Origin: Phycisphaerales bacterium JB037
Lineage (GTDB): Bacteria; Planctomycetota; Phycisphaerae; Phycisphaerales; UBA1924
Length of the DNA: 64,000 nt
NCBI GenBank assembly: GCA_043101605.1
Contig: JBICIG010000060.1
Location: 5,203-69,202 of the forward strand
Direction of reading: 5' to 3'
A model generated the notes under the pieces. It searched no databases. It was not told the origin of the DNA and saw only the letters and a list, made by a program, of their open reading frames with translations. Both the position numbers and the translations under genes were made by a program. Shown here piece by piece: positions 43,701 through 52,623 of this stretch (its first letter is position 1; each line of letters opens with the position of its first letter).

Positions 43701-45419
43701 TCACCCCAGCACGCGCATGACCAGGATCGTCTGGTCGTCGGGTCGCTCGTAGAGCCCCGTGAACTGGCGCAGCGTCCAGAGGACATGCTCGATGATGCCA
43801 GAGGCATCGACGCCCGGGTCCTGCGCGAGTGCCTCGACCACCGCCCGCCGGATGCGCTCCGCCCCGAACCGCTCGCGGTCGAAGTTCATCGCCTCGACCA
43901 ACCCGTCGGTGAAGACGACGACGACATCGCCCGGCTGCAAGGGCATGTCGCCGGCTTCGTACTTCTCGTCGCGCTCGATGCCCAGCACCAGCCCGCCACG
44001 CGGGAACGCCTCGGCCCGATCGGGCGACGCGGCCCGTACAACGAACGGCGGCTCGTGCCCGGCCGAGCAGTATCGCAGCACGCGCGACGCGGGATCGAAC
44101 TCGGCGTACCACAGCGTCGCGAACTCGCTCTCGAGCGTGTCGCGGCACATCGCGGCGTTGACCAACTCGATCACCCGCTCGATCGCCAGCTTCCCGTCGG
44201 CGTGCGCACGCAGCGAGGCGCGGACGCTCGCCATCAGCAGCGCCGCGGCGATCCCGTTGCCGACCATGTCACCGACCACCAGCCCGACGCGCTCGCCGGC
44301 GCGGAAGATGTCGTAGAAGTCGCCCCCGACCTGGTGGCTCGCGACGGATCGGGCGGCGAGGTCGAGCCCCGGAGCATCGGGGTGGACACGCGGGAGCATC
44401 CGCTGCTGGACATCGGCCGCGAGCGCGAGCTGGCGCTCCATCCGGCGTTCCTGCTCCTGCACGCGGATCAGCCGCGCCTGCTCGACCGCGACGGCCGACT
44501 GCTCGGTGACGGAGCGCAGCAGCTTGGTATCGGCGGCGGAGAACTCGCGCGGCTGGCGCGCATACAGCCGGAACACCCCGATCGGACGCCCCTGAAAGAC
44601 GAGCCCCGCCGACAGAAACGACCCGAGGTTCTCGCGCGCGCACCGCCCGGGGTCGAGCACGCGCTCGTCCTGCTGCAGATCGGCGACCGCGACGATTTCG
44701 CCCGCCAGCGCCAGCCGATCGAACTCGCGGTCGCGCGACAGGGGCTGGGGGCTCTCGAGCCAGTCGTTGCTCAGCCCGCGCGACGCCTTGAGCTCGAGCC
44801 CCTCCTCGCTCTGCCCGATCACGACCGGCTCGTTCTCGGGGAGCAGCACGACCGAGCCCGCGTCGAGCTCGAGCACCTCCAGCGCCATCGCGAGCGCTTC
44901 ATCGAGCACGCGCTCGGGCCGGCTCGCGTGGACGAGCATGGAGCTGAGCCGGTACATCAGCTCGACCTCCTGCACGCGGTGCCACAGCGCCAACTCCTGC
45001 GAGCAGAGCTCCGACGCGGCCGACGCGAGGAACCCGACCGCCCGGCGCAGTGTCTCGGGGACGGCCCCCGCATCATCGGGCGTGATGAGGATGGCGCCGA
45101 TCTCGGTCTGCTCGGCCGTCAGGGGCACCCGCACCGCGCCCGCGCCCGGCGCGGGCGCTTCGGGCGCGACTTCCCAGGGCGAGCCCTCGGCACCGGTTCG
45201 ATACCGGATAAGCCGCCCCTGCTCGTCGCGCAGTTCGAGCCTCGCCCCGCCGAGCGCCTGGAGTTGTTCGAGAAGAGCCGGCAACGAGCCGTCGGTCAGG
45301 AAATCAAGGATCGAACGCCCCGAGCGCCGCCGCCACAGCCCGGGAGGGAGCTCGGCGATCGGGCCGGTCGACGGAGGCGCCGGCTCGGGCGCGGGCTGAT
45401 CGGAAGACGCCACCTCCAT
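43701..45419 (-). CDS. GAF-domain PP2C/SpoIIE-family serine phosphatase
   Basis: Met74 of ORF 43701..45638. Contains GGDFYDIF, VGDMVGNGIAAAL, CSAGHEPP and VVVFTDGLVEA. Confidence 0.85.
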   Translation of the reverse strand: MEVASSDQPAPEPAPPSTGPIAELPPGLWRRRSGRSILDFLTDGSLPALLEQLQALGGARLELRDEQGRLIRYRTGAEGSPWEVAPEAPAPGAGAVRVPLTAEQTEIGAILITPDDAGAVPETLRRAVGFLASAASELCSQELALWHRVQEVELMYRLSSMLVHASRPERVLDEALAMALEVLELDAGSVVLLPENEPVVIGQSEEGLELKASRGLSNDWLESPQPLSRDREFDRLALAGEIVAVADLQQDERVLDPGRCARENLGSFLSAGLVFQGRPIGVFRLYARQPREFSAADTKLLRSVTEQSAVAVEQARLIRVQEQERRMERQLALAADVQQRMLPRVHPDAPGLDLAARSVASHQVGGDFYDIFRAGERVGLVVGDMVGNGIAAALLMASVRASLRAHADGKLAIERVIELVNAAMCRDTLESEFATLWYAEFDPASRVLRYCSAGHEPPFVVRAASPDRAEAFPRGGLVLGIERDEKYEAGDMPLQPGDVVVVFTDGLVEAMNFDRERFGAERIRRAVVEALAQDPGVDASGIIEHVLWTLRQFTGLYERPDDQTILVMRVLG

Positions 45420-45424
45420 GCGGC

Positions 45425-47008
45425 TCAGCCCCCGCTCGACTCGGCGGCGTCCTCGATCGACTCGCCGAGCCACACGAACCGCAGCAGCACGACCAGCGCG
45501 CGGTCGCCTTCGGCGGCGCTGCCCGCCAGCGCGTCGAGCCCGCGCTCGACCTGGACCCGCTCGCCCCGCTGGTATCCCATGTACGCCAGCAGCAGCGCGG
45601 ACTCCGAGCCGAGCCGATCGGGCCCGCCCGCGTCCCACGCGCTGACATTGGCGGCGAGCTGCTCCATGACGCGGTCGCCGCGCTGCCCGCTGGGAATCAG
45701 CGCGGAGGAGTACTTGTTGCCCACGATCTCCGGGTTGTCGGTGATCGCCATGCGGAGGTTGATCGCCGCGCTGAGGTAGAGCCCCGCGCCGATCTGCGCG
45801 TGGGCCCGCCCGATCCGGGCCGAGACATCCCCCTCGCGCACGCTCATCGCCCGGGTGTAGCGCTCCTCGGCGTCGAAGTAGCGCCCTTCCTGCATGAAGC
45901 GCTCGGCCCGGGTCATGTGCTCGCGGTAGATATCGCGCCCGCCCCCGCCGCGGGAGAGTGTCTCGATGGGCAGCCCCGCGGCGCGCAGGCGCTCGAGCAC
46001 CGCCGGGTCGATCCCGCGCAGCGCGTCGGGGACCTGGGGCTCGTCGGCACCGGGATCGTCCGTCTCGTCGGGCAGGGGCGCGGGGATGAGGGGCGAGTCG
46101 GGCGAGTCGGGTGAGTCGGGTGAGTCGGGCGTCTCAGCGTCGCTCGCGTCGTCGAGCATGAACATCTGCCGACGCAGCTCTTCGAGCGAGGTCCGGAAGC
46201 GGGCGAAATCCTCGTCGGTCTCCCCCGGGGCGCGGAGCCGGTCGCGCACCAGGTCGTGCGCGGTGACGATGGGCTCGATCCGCGTCTCGACGCGCGTGGG
46301 CGTGGCCGACCGATCGATCCGGGAACTCGCGCCGGGCCGCGTCGGCTCGTCGATCGGGAGCATGCGGATGCCCTCGAGCGCCGACGCGGTCATGCCGTAG
46401 CGGGTCTGGTCCGGGTCGAATCGGTACCCGAGGAGCGCGGGCTGGTAGCCGCGGTTGGCCTCGTACGCCGAGGTGGAGCGGAGGGTGCCGAACATCGAGC
46501 CCTCGAACCCCTCGTCCCGCGCGAGCGGGTCGAGGAAGAGCTCGCTGTCGGCGACACGCCGCGCGCCGGGCACATTCGCCGGTGCCGGGCCCCCGGCCCG
46601 ATCGATGATCGGGGCCCCGAGCAGCCCCGACGGCGCCCGCGAGCCGGTGGTCAGGGCGAACTGATATTGCACGGCTTCGGTGCCGCGGAGCCCGTACCCG
46701 CTCAGCCCCGAATAGAAGGTGTCGCGCCGGAAGGCGAACAGGTCGTTCGAGCCCAGGTCGCCCCGGAACTCCCCCGGCGCGGTGTACCCGACATCGCCGC
46801 GAAAGCTCATCCCGCCCGGGGCGTTCCCGGTGACGATCGCATTGCGGAACTGGATCTCGGTGTTGAGTCGGCGGGCGGCGGCCCCGCGATCGCGGGAGGC
46901 GGTGACCTCGACCGGTGCCTCCAGCCCGCGCCCGTCTCCCAGCGCGTCCTGGGCCCATGCTGGCCCGGCCAGAGCGATCAAAATGGCAGGGGCGATCCGG
47001 CGCATCAC
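45425..47008 (-). CDS. secreted protein with C-terminal TPR-like region
   Basis: Signal peptide MMRRIAPAILIALAGPAWAQ. Contains a (PDS)4 repeat. The C-terminus is TPR-like (..GRYFDAEERYTRAMS..). Confidence 0.6.
   Translation of the reverse strand: MMRRIAPAILIALAGPAWAQDALGDGRGLEAPVEVTASRDRGAAARRLNTEIQFRNAIVTGNAPGGMSFRGDVGYTAPGEFRGDLGSNDLFAFRRDTFYSGLSGYGLRGTEAVQYQFALTTGSRAPSGLLGAPIIDRAGGPAPANVPGARRVADSELFLDPLARDEGFEGSMFGTLRSTSAYEANRGYQPALLGYRFDPDQTRYGMTASALEGIRMLPIDEPTRPGASSRIDRSATPTRVETRIEPIVTAHDLVRDRLRAPGETDEDFARFRTSLEELRRQMFMLDDASDAETPDSPDSPDSPDSPLIPAPLPDETDDPGADEPQVPDALRGIDPAVLERLRAAGLPIETLSRGGGGRDIYREHMTRAERFMQEGRYFDAEERYTRAMSVREGDVSARIGRAHAQIGAGLYLSAAINLRMAITDNPEIVGNKYSSALIPSGQRGDRVMEQLAANVSAWDAGGPDRLGSESALLLAYMGYQRGERVQVERGLDALAGSAAEGDRALVVLLRFVWLGESIEDAAESSGG
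46095..46130. repeat. 4 x 9-bp in-frame tandem repeat (GAGTCGGGY)
   Basis: gagtcgggc gagtcgggt gagtcgggt gagtcgggc. It encodes PDSPDSPDSPDS on the minus strand. Confidence 0.85.
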
Positions 47009-47151
47009 GGCGTTCCTTCCACAGCGGGGAGTCTATCGGCTCGACGGGCCCGGTTCGGCCATTGGCCGGCGATCGGGCGCGGGCTGTGCCGCGCTGGAGC
47101 GAGAGCCTCCCACAAGGATGTTCGCGTGCCGGAGCGGGCCCGTTCGCGCGA

Positions 47152-48111
47152 TCAGCCGCCCCGGGGCGAATCGCCCTCGGCCGGGGGCATCCCGCAGGCG
47201 GCCCGGAACCGCTCGCAGATATCCAGATCCTCGCCGACGAGGTAGTACTTCAGCCCGCCGACCCGCCACGCGTAGACGCGCTCGGCCGAGTGGGCGTACT
47301 CGATGGTCGGCTCGAAGACATAGGTCCGTCCCTCTTCGAGGTGGAGGTCCGACTCGCGGGCCTCCTGCACGAACAGGCTGATGCTCACGCCTCGGGGGGA
47401 GAGCGCCGAGCCGTCGGTCTCGAAGCGGAGATGGGCGCTGCGGCCCTTGCCGGGCACATGGCACTTGCCCGCATCGAGGAATCGGAAGCCGAGATCGGCC
47501 AGATCGGGGAGGGTGGGCTCGCTCCCGAGGATCGACGCGAGCATCGCCGGGGCGGCCGGGAGCTCGCGGATCGTGAACTTCGACGCCCGCGCGGGGTCGT
47601 CCACGCAGTTCGAGTGCTCGCCGGCGACGAACGACGCGAGCATCGCCCCCGCGTCGGACTCGGTCAGAGCGGGCGAACTGAGCCGGGCGACCTGCCAGAT
47701 GAACGCCCCGCCCACCAGCACCGCGACGGCGGCCGCCAGCGCCTGAAGCACCCGCCGATTCTCGCCCAGCCAGAATCCCCGCTTCCGGGTCTCGCCCGCG
47801 TGAGCCCCGAGGGCTCCCGCGAGCGATGCCTCGTTCGAGGTGGCCTCGTTGGCAATCTGGGCAATCCTCGCGCGGAGCGAGTCGGGGCAGATCGGGCCGA
47901 CCATCGCCTTGGCGCACGCGCCGCGGAGCTGTTGCTCGAACGCGATGCGGTCGGCATCGGCGGGGTGGGTGGCGAGGTGGGCGTCGAGCCGGGCCTGCTG
48001 CTGGGGGGTCAGCTCGCCGTCGGCCGCGGCCCGGAGCATCGCCGCGAGGGGCCACGCGCCCGATTCCTCGGGCTGATACCCCCCCGGGTACTCACGGGTG
48101 TGATCGGTCAT
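47152..48111 (-). CDS. anti-sigma factor (single TM)
   Basis: Immediately downstream of the ECF sigma gene. Contains ELTPQQQARLDAHLATHPADADRIAFEQQLRGAC and a TM helix ALAAAVAVLVGGAFIW. An alternative TTG start at 48156 overlaps the sigma stop. Confidence 0.65.
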   Translation of the reverse strand: MTDHTREYPGGYQPEESGAWPLAAMLRAAADGELTPQQQARLDAHLATHPADADRIAFEQQLRGACAKAMVGPICPDSLRARIAQIANEATSNEASLAGALGAHAGETRKRGFWLGENRRVLQALAAAVAVLVGGAFIWQVARLSSPALTESDAGAMLASFVAGEHSNCVDDPARASKFTIRELPAAPAMLASILGSEPTLPDLADLGFRFLDAGKCHVPGKGRSAHLRFETDGSALSPRGVSISLFVQEARESDLHLEEGRTYVFEPTIEYAHSAERVYAWRVGGLKYYLVGEDLDICERFRAACGMPPAEGDSPRGG

Positions 48112-48152
48112 CGCGCGCGCTCCAAGGGCAGGGTCGGATATTCCCCGCCCGG

Positions 48153-48758
48153 TCAACCGCCTCCCGCGGCGGATTCATCCCGTTCCCTTCGATCCAATCC
48201 CAAATTTCTGACCGCCTCCTCGTCGCCCAGCAGAAGGTCCGAGAGGATCTTGCGGGCCCGGTGCAGCCGGCTCATGACCGTCCCGATGGGAACCCCCAGG
48301 ATCTCGGCGATCTCGCGGTACTTCAGCCCGTCGACGCCCCAGAGCATCAGCACCTCGCGGAACTCGGGCTTGAGCTCGGCGATCGCCTTCTTGAGCGTCC
48401 CGTCGACCTGCTCCCAGTCCAGTTCGGCCTGCGACCACGCCGGGGGCGCCTCGTCGGGGAGCGGGCCGTCGGCCGACTCGGCGAAGAACTCCCCGACCGC
48501 CTGCGGTCGGCGGGACTGCTTCTTCGCCCGCGTGTAGAAGACATTGTGCGTGATGGTGAACAGCCACGAGCGCATGCTCGCTTCGGCGTCCTCGGTCCGC
48601 ACCTCGAAGGTCTCGATCGAACGCGGGCGGAAGGCCCGCGCGTAGACCTCCTGCACGACATCGTCCGCCTCGCCGGCGTTGCGTGTCAGGTGCAGCGCCA
48701 TCCGGTAGACGGCGTCGAGCTGCCCGACCGCCAGGGTTTCGAATTCCGGTCGATCCAT
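48153..48758 (-). CDS. ECF-type RNA polymerase sigma factor
   Basis: Region 2 reads DDVVQEVYARAF....SWLFTITHNVF. Region 4 reads EFREVLMLWGVDGLKYREIAEILGVPIGTVMSRLHRARK. Confidence 0.9.
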   Translation of the reverse strand: MDRPEFETLAVGQLDAVYRMALHLTRNAGEADDVVQEVYARAFRPRSIETFEVRTEDAEASMRSWLFTITHNVFYTRAKKQSRRPQAVGEFFAESADGPLPDEAPPAWSQAELDWEQVDGTLKKAIAELKPEFREVLMLWGVDGLKYREIAEILGVPIGTVMSRLHRARKILSDLLLGDEEAVRNLGLDRRERDESAAGGG

Positions 48759-48885
48759 GCTCGCCCTGCGTCGCGCCCGCCCCGTGCGGCCGCCGTGACC
48801 GCCGCTCGGCCCACGCGTTCAGAATAGGACACCGCCCGCCCGATTGCCCCGCGTTCCCCGCCGACCGACCCGTAGAATCGCCCCG

Positions 48886-50574
48886 ATGACACCCTATTAC
48901 GCCACGACACCGATTTACTATGTCAACGACCGCCCCCACATCGGGCACTGCTACACCACGCTCGTGGCCGATGTCGCCGCCCGCTTCGCCCGGCTCGCCG
49001 GGCGCGAGACCTTCTTCCTCACCGGAACCGACGAGCACGCCGAGAAGGTCTCCCGGGCCGCTCACGAGCACGGCATGACGCCCCAGCAATGGGCCGACCG
49101 AAACGCCGACCGCTTCCGCGAGGCGTTCGATTTCATGCGCTTCAGCCACGACGACTTCATCCGCACGACCGAACCCCGCCACATCGACCGCGCGTCGTCG
49201 TACATCAAGAAACTGCTCGATTCGGGCGACATCGAACTGGGCGACTACGAGGGGTGGTACGACCCGGGGCAGGAGGAGTATGTCACCGAGACCGCCGCCA
49301 AGGAGCACAACTTCCTGAGCCCGGTGACGGGCCGCCCGCTCGAGAAGCGCGTCGAACAGAACTACTTCTTCCGCCTCGACCGCCACGCCGACTGGCTCGA
49401 GGAACAGATCAGTTCGGGCGCGATCCGCGTGCTGCCCGAGGCCCGGCGCAACGAGGTGCTGTCGCGCGTGCGGGGCGGGCTGCAGCCCGTGCCCGTCTCG
49501 CGCCGGATTAAGGAAGGCGACGCCGACTGGGGCATCCGCATGCCGGGCGACCCCGAGCACCGGATCTATGTCTGGATCGAGGCGCTGTGCAACTACCTGA
49601 CCGCCGTCGACACCCCCGAGCGCCGGCACCTCTGGCCGGCGCAGATCCACGCGATGGCCAAGGACATCCTGTGGTTCCACGCGGTGATCTGGCCGGCGAT
49701 GCTCCGCGCGCTGGGCGAGGCGCCCCCGAGGATGATCTACGCCCACGCGTACTTCGTCGCCGAGGGACGCAAGATGTCCAAGAGCCTGGGCAACTTCATC
49801 GAGATCGATCAGCTCCGCGCCTACGCCGACCGCTTCACCGTCGATGGCGTGCGCTGGTACCTCGCGACCCAGGGCCCGCTCGGCTCGACCGACGCCGACT
49901 TTGCCTACTCCCGCTTCGTCGAGGTCTACAACTCCGACCTTGCCAACGGCATCGGCAACGCGACCAGCCGCGTGGGCAACATGATCGAGAAGTACCTCGG
50001 CGGCACGCTCGATCGCACCTGCAACGGCGAGTTCGGGTTCGAGGGGGGCAGGGCCCTGCAGACCGCCCTGGCCGCCCGCGAGAAATCGAACAAGCCCGTC
50101 GATGACCCGTCGCGCACCTTCGACTTCGCGTCCGCCACCGCGATGGCGGTCGAGAACGCGATCGGTGCCCACGAGCGCTTCGACCTCGAATCCATGCTGG
50201 GCGAGGGGCTCTCGCTCGTCCGCATGGTCGACGACTTCATCAGCTACAGCGCCCCGTTCACCCTCGCCAAACAGCTTGACGAGCACGAGCACGGCCCGCG
50301 GGCCCTCTCGACCATCCTCTATTCCTGCGCCGAAGCGCTCCGCATCGCGTCGCTCCTGCTCGCGCCCGCGCTGCCCGACGCCATGGCGTCGCTGTGGCGC
50401 ACCTGGAACTGCGCGCACCTGAACGATCCGAACGACGCCGATGCGGGCTTCGTCGCCCCCTTGCGCGAACTGGCGGCGTGGCGCGGCGAGCACTCGCTCA
50501 AAGAGGGCCACCAGATCGCCAAGGGCGACGCCCTGTTCATGCGCGCCGACGCGAGCGAGCCCGCCCCGGCGTGA
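48886..50574 (+). CDS. metG: methionine--tRNA ligase
   Basis: Met15 of ORF 48844..50574. Contains TTPIYYVNDRPHIGHCYT (HIGH motif) and KMSKSLGNF (KMSKS motif). Confidence 0.95.
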   Translation: MTPYYATTPIYYVNDRPHIGHCYTTLVADVAARFARLAGRETFFLTGTDEHAEKVSRAAHEHGMTPQQWADRNADRFREAFDFMRFSHDDFIRTTEPRHIDRASSYIKKLLDSGDIELGDYEGWYDPGQEEYVTETAAKEHNFLSPVTGRPLEKRVEQNYFFRLDRHADWLEEQISSGAIRVLPEARRNEVLSRVRGGLQPVPVSRRIKEGDADWGIRMPGDPEHRIYVWIEALCNYLTAVDTPERRHLWPAQIHAMAKDILWFHAVIWPAMLRALGEAPPRMIYAHAYFVAEGRKMSKSLGNFIEIDQLRAYADRFTVDGVRWYLATQGPLGSTDADFAYSRFVEVYNSDLANGIGNATSRVGNMIEKYLGGTLDRTCNGEFGFEGGRALQTALAAREKSNKPVDDPSRTFDFASATAMAVENAIGAHERFDLESMLGEGLSLVRMVDDFISYSAPFTLAKQLDEHEHGPRALSTILYSCAEALRIASLLLAPALPDAMASLWRTWNCAHLNDPNDADAGFVAPLRELAAWRGEHSLKEGHQIAKGDALFMRADASEPAPA

Positions 50575-50801
50575 ACCGGCGCCCGAGCCGCTCTCTCATG
50601 GGGCCGTCACTCAAAATCGAGGAAACTTCCTGGCCAACTAAACCAACCCGATGGTAACCCCGATGGACCGGGTTGCAAATTCGATCGGTTTATCGACTTT
50701 GCGTGTTATCGGTCGGGGCCATGCCCTCGCCGCGGAGAGCCCAAGCGTCTGAGAGACGCGAACCTTTCAGAGTTTCGTCCCCAGTTCCGGAGAAAGGGAT
50801 C

Positions 50802-52595
50802 ATGGCTCGCATCCTCATCATCGACGACAGCGCGTTCGTCCGCGAGTGCCTACGAGCCGTCCTCAATAACTCCGGCTTTCATGTGCGCACGCTCTCGGAT
50901 CTTGATGCCGCCCTGGAACAAGCCCGCAAGGACCGCCCGGATGCGATCGTGGTCGAGCCGCTCAAGCTGCGGCGGGCCGAGCGAACGGCGCGTCTTCGCG
51001 AACTGGGCCAAGCCACCGTGGGCGGCGTCGTCGCGCTCACCGCGGCCAAGAGCAGCAGCGCGATCGTGTCCCTGCTCGAGGCCCCAATCCGCAAGGTCGT
51101 TCTCAAGAGCGAGTTCTCGCTCGACTCGTTCCGGGCCTTGCTCGGAGAGATCGTCGGCTCGATCCGGCCCGACGCGATCGAACCGGACCAGCAGACGGAG
51201 GACGCATCGGAGTCGAGTCCTGAAAGCCCCGTCCCCGAGCCGCGCCCGAAGGAAGTGGCAACAGCGTCACCGGTCCCGGCCCGCACGCGGGTCGACAAGC
51301 AGCAGTGCGTCAAGCGCCTCGATCCGACGGAGACCCGTGCGAGCGTCGAGAAACAACTGCGTGAATTCGCACGCCTGAACTCCCTCTCGCCGGTCGTCTC
51401 GCGTGTCCTCCGGCTCATTCGGAGCAAGGACTCGAATGTCGATGATGTTGTCAGCGCGATCCAGGCGGACATGGCGATCGCTTCGGGTGTCATCGCCACG
51501 GCCAACTCGAGCCTTTACCTGCGCGGCGCCCCGACGACCTCGCTCCGCCAGTCGGTCCTGCGCATCGGTCTCGACGAGATCCGGGAGGTCGTCGCCCGCA
51601 CCGCCGTGATCGAGAAGTTCGCGGAGGTCGGCGAGGACGGGCTGCTGGACCCTTCGCGGTTCTGGCGGCATTCGATGGCCGTCGCGACCATGTCGTGCGA
51701 GATCGCGGGGATCGTCCGTCCTCCGGTCGATCGCGGGGATGCCTACCTCTGCGGGCTGCTGCACGACATCGGGCAGTTGGCGCTCAACGAGTGCGTCCCC
51801 AAGGCGTACCGCCGGACGACCGAAGTCGCCGCGCAGTTGCATGTCGGCACCGAGCAGGTCGAGACGAAGTTGCTCGGGCTCTCGCACGCCGACGCGTCGC
51901 GGATCGTCCTTGAGGCGTGGGGGATCCCCGCCGAACTCGCCGAGCCCGTCGCGCTCCATCAGAGCGACGCAGCGGTCATCGAGGTGCTCAGCGCGAACTG
52001 GAAGCGCATGGCGGGCATCGTGTCGCTGAGCAATCGGCTCGTGCACGCCATGGGTATCGGCTCGGCGCACCAGTCGGTGGTCCGCCCCATCGATCACCTC
52101 CTGAAAATGCTCGGGATTTCGGGGGACTCGATCGACAAGCTCATCCCCAAGGTCGAGCAGCACATGCGCGAGATGGAGTCGCTCATGCTCGCGGGACTGC
52201 CGCGGACCGATCGACGGCGTGCCATCGAGCCGCTCCGTGTCCGCGTCCGGCATGTCAGCGACCACCCCGAAGCCGACATTATCCGCCGCGCGCTGGAGTC
52301 GATCGGGGCGCGGACCGACCAGGGAACGCCCGGCTGCATCGTCCTGTCGGCCGTCGACGCGAACAGGCTCCCCGATCTTGCCCGGCAAGCCGCGGCCGAC
52401 AAGTCGCTCGAGGGATTGCCCGTTATCGTGATCGCCCGTTCGCTTGAGCAGCCGCTGCCCGACGGGCTCGAGTCGGGCGTCGCCGCCAGACTCATCTTCC
52501 CGGTTCGCGACATCGCACTGCGCAGCGCGATCGAGAGAGCGACGAGCATCGCGCCGAAACAGCCCTCCGGCAGCGGCGTAGCTCGGGCGGCATAG
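50802..52595 (+). CDS. response-regulator-receiver / HDOD-domain protein
   Basis: ATG at 50802. The receiver reads ILIIDDSAFVRE...PDAIVVEP.. with Glu where the phospho-Asp is expected. The HDOD core reads VSRVLRLI....DDVVSAIQADMAIASGVIATANSS....LLHDIGQLAL. Confidence 0.8.
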   Translation: MARILIIDDSAFVRECLRAVLNNSGFHVRTLSDLDAALEQARKDRPDAIVVEPLKLRRAERTARLRELGQATVGGVVALTAAKSSSAIVSLLEAPIRKVVLKSEFSLDSFRALLGEIVGSIRPDAIEPDQQTEDASESSPESPVPEPRPKEVATASPVPARTRVDKQQCVKRLDPTETRASVEKQLREFARLNSLSPVVSRVLRLIRSKDSNVDDVVSAIQADMAIASGVIATANSSLYLRGAPTTSLRQSVLRIGLDEIREVVARTAVIEKFAEVGEDGLLDPSRFWRHSMAVATMSCEIAGIVRPPVDRGDAYLCGLLHDIGQLALNECVPKAYRRTTEVAAQLHVGTEQVETKLLGLSHADASRIVLEAWGIPAELAEPVALHQSDAAVIEVLSANWKRMAGIVSLSNRLVHAMGIGSAHQSVVRPIDHLLKMLGISGDSIDKLIPKVEQHMREMESLMLAGLPRTDRRRAIEPLRVRVRHVSDHPEADIIRRALESIGARTDQGTPGCIVLSAVDANRLPDLARQAAADKSLEGLPVIVIARSLEQPLPDGLESGVAARLIFPVRDIALRSAIERATSIAPKQPSGSGVARAA

Positions 52596-52623
52596 ACCGC
52601 TCCGAATTCGGCGGGCAGCGGGC

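Noticed and set aside
48175-50511. 778-aa minus-strand ORF opposite metG
   Set aside because: metG on the + strand has HIGH and KMSKS motifs. The antisense ORF is Gly/Arg/Val-rich shadow sequence.
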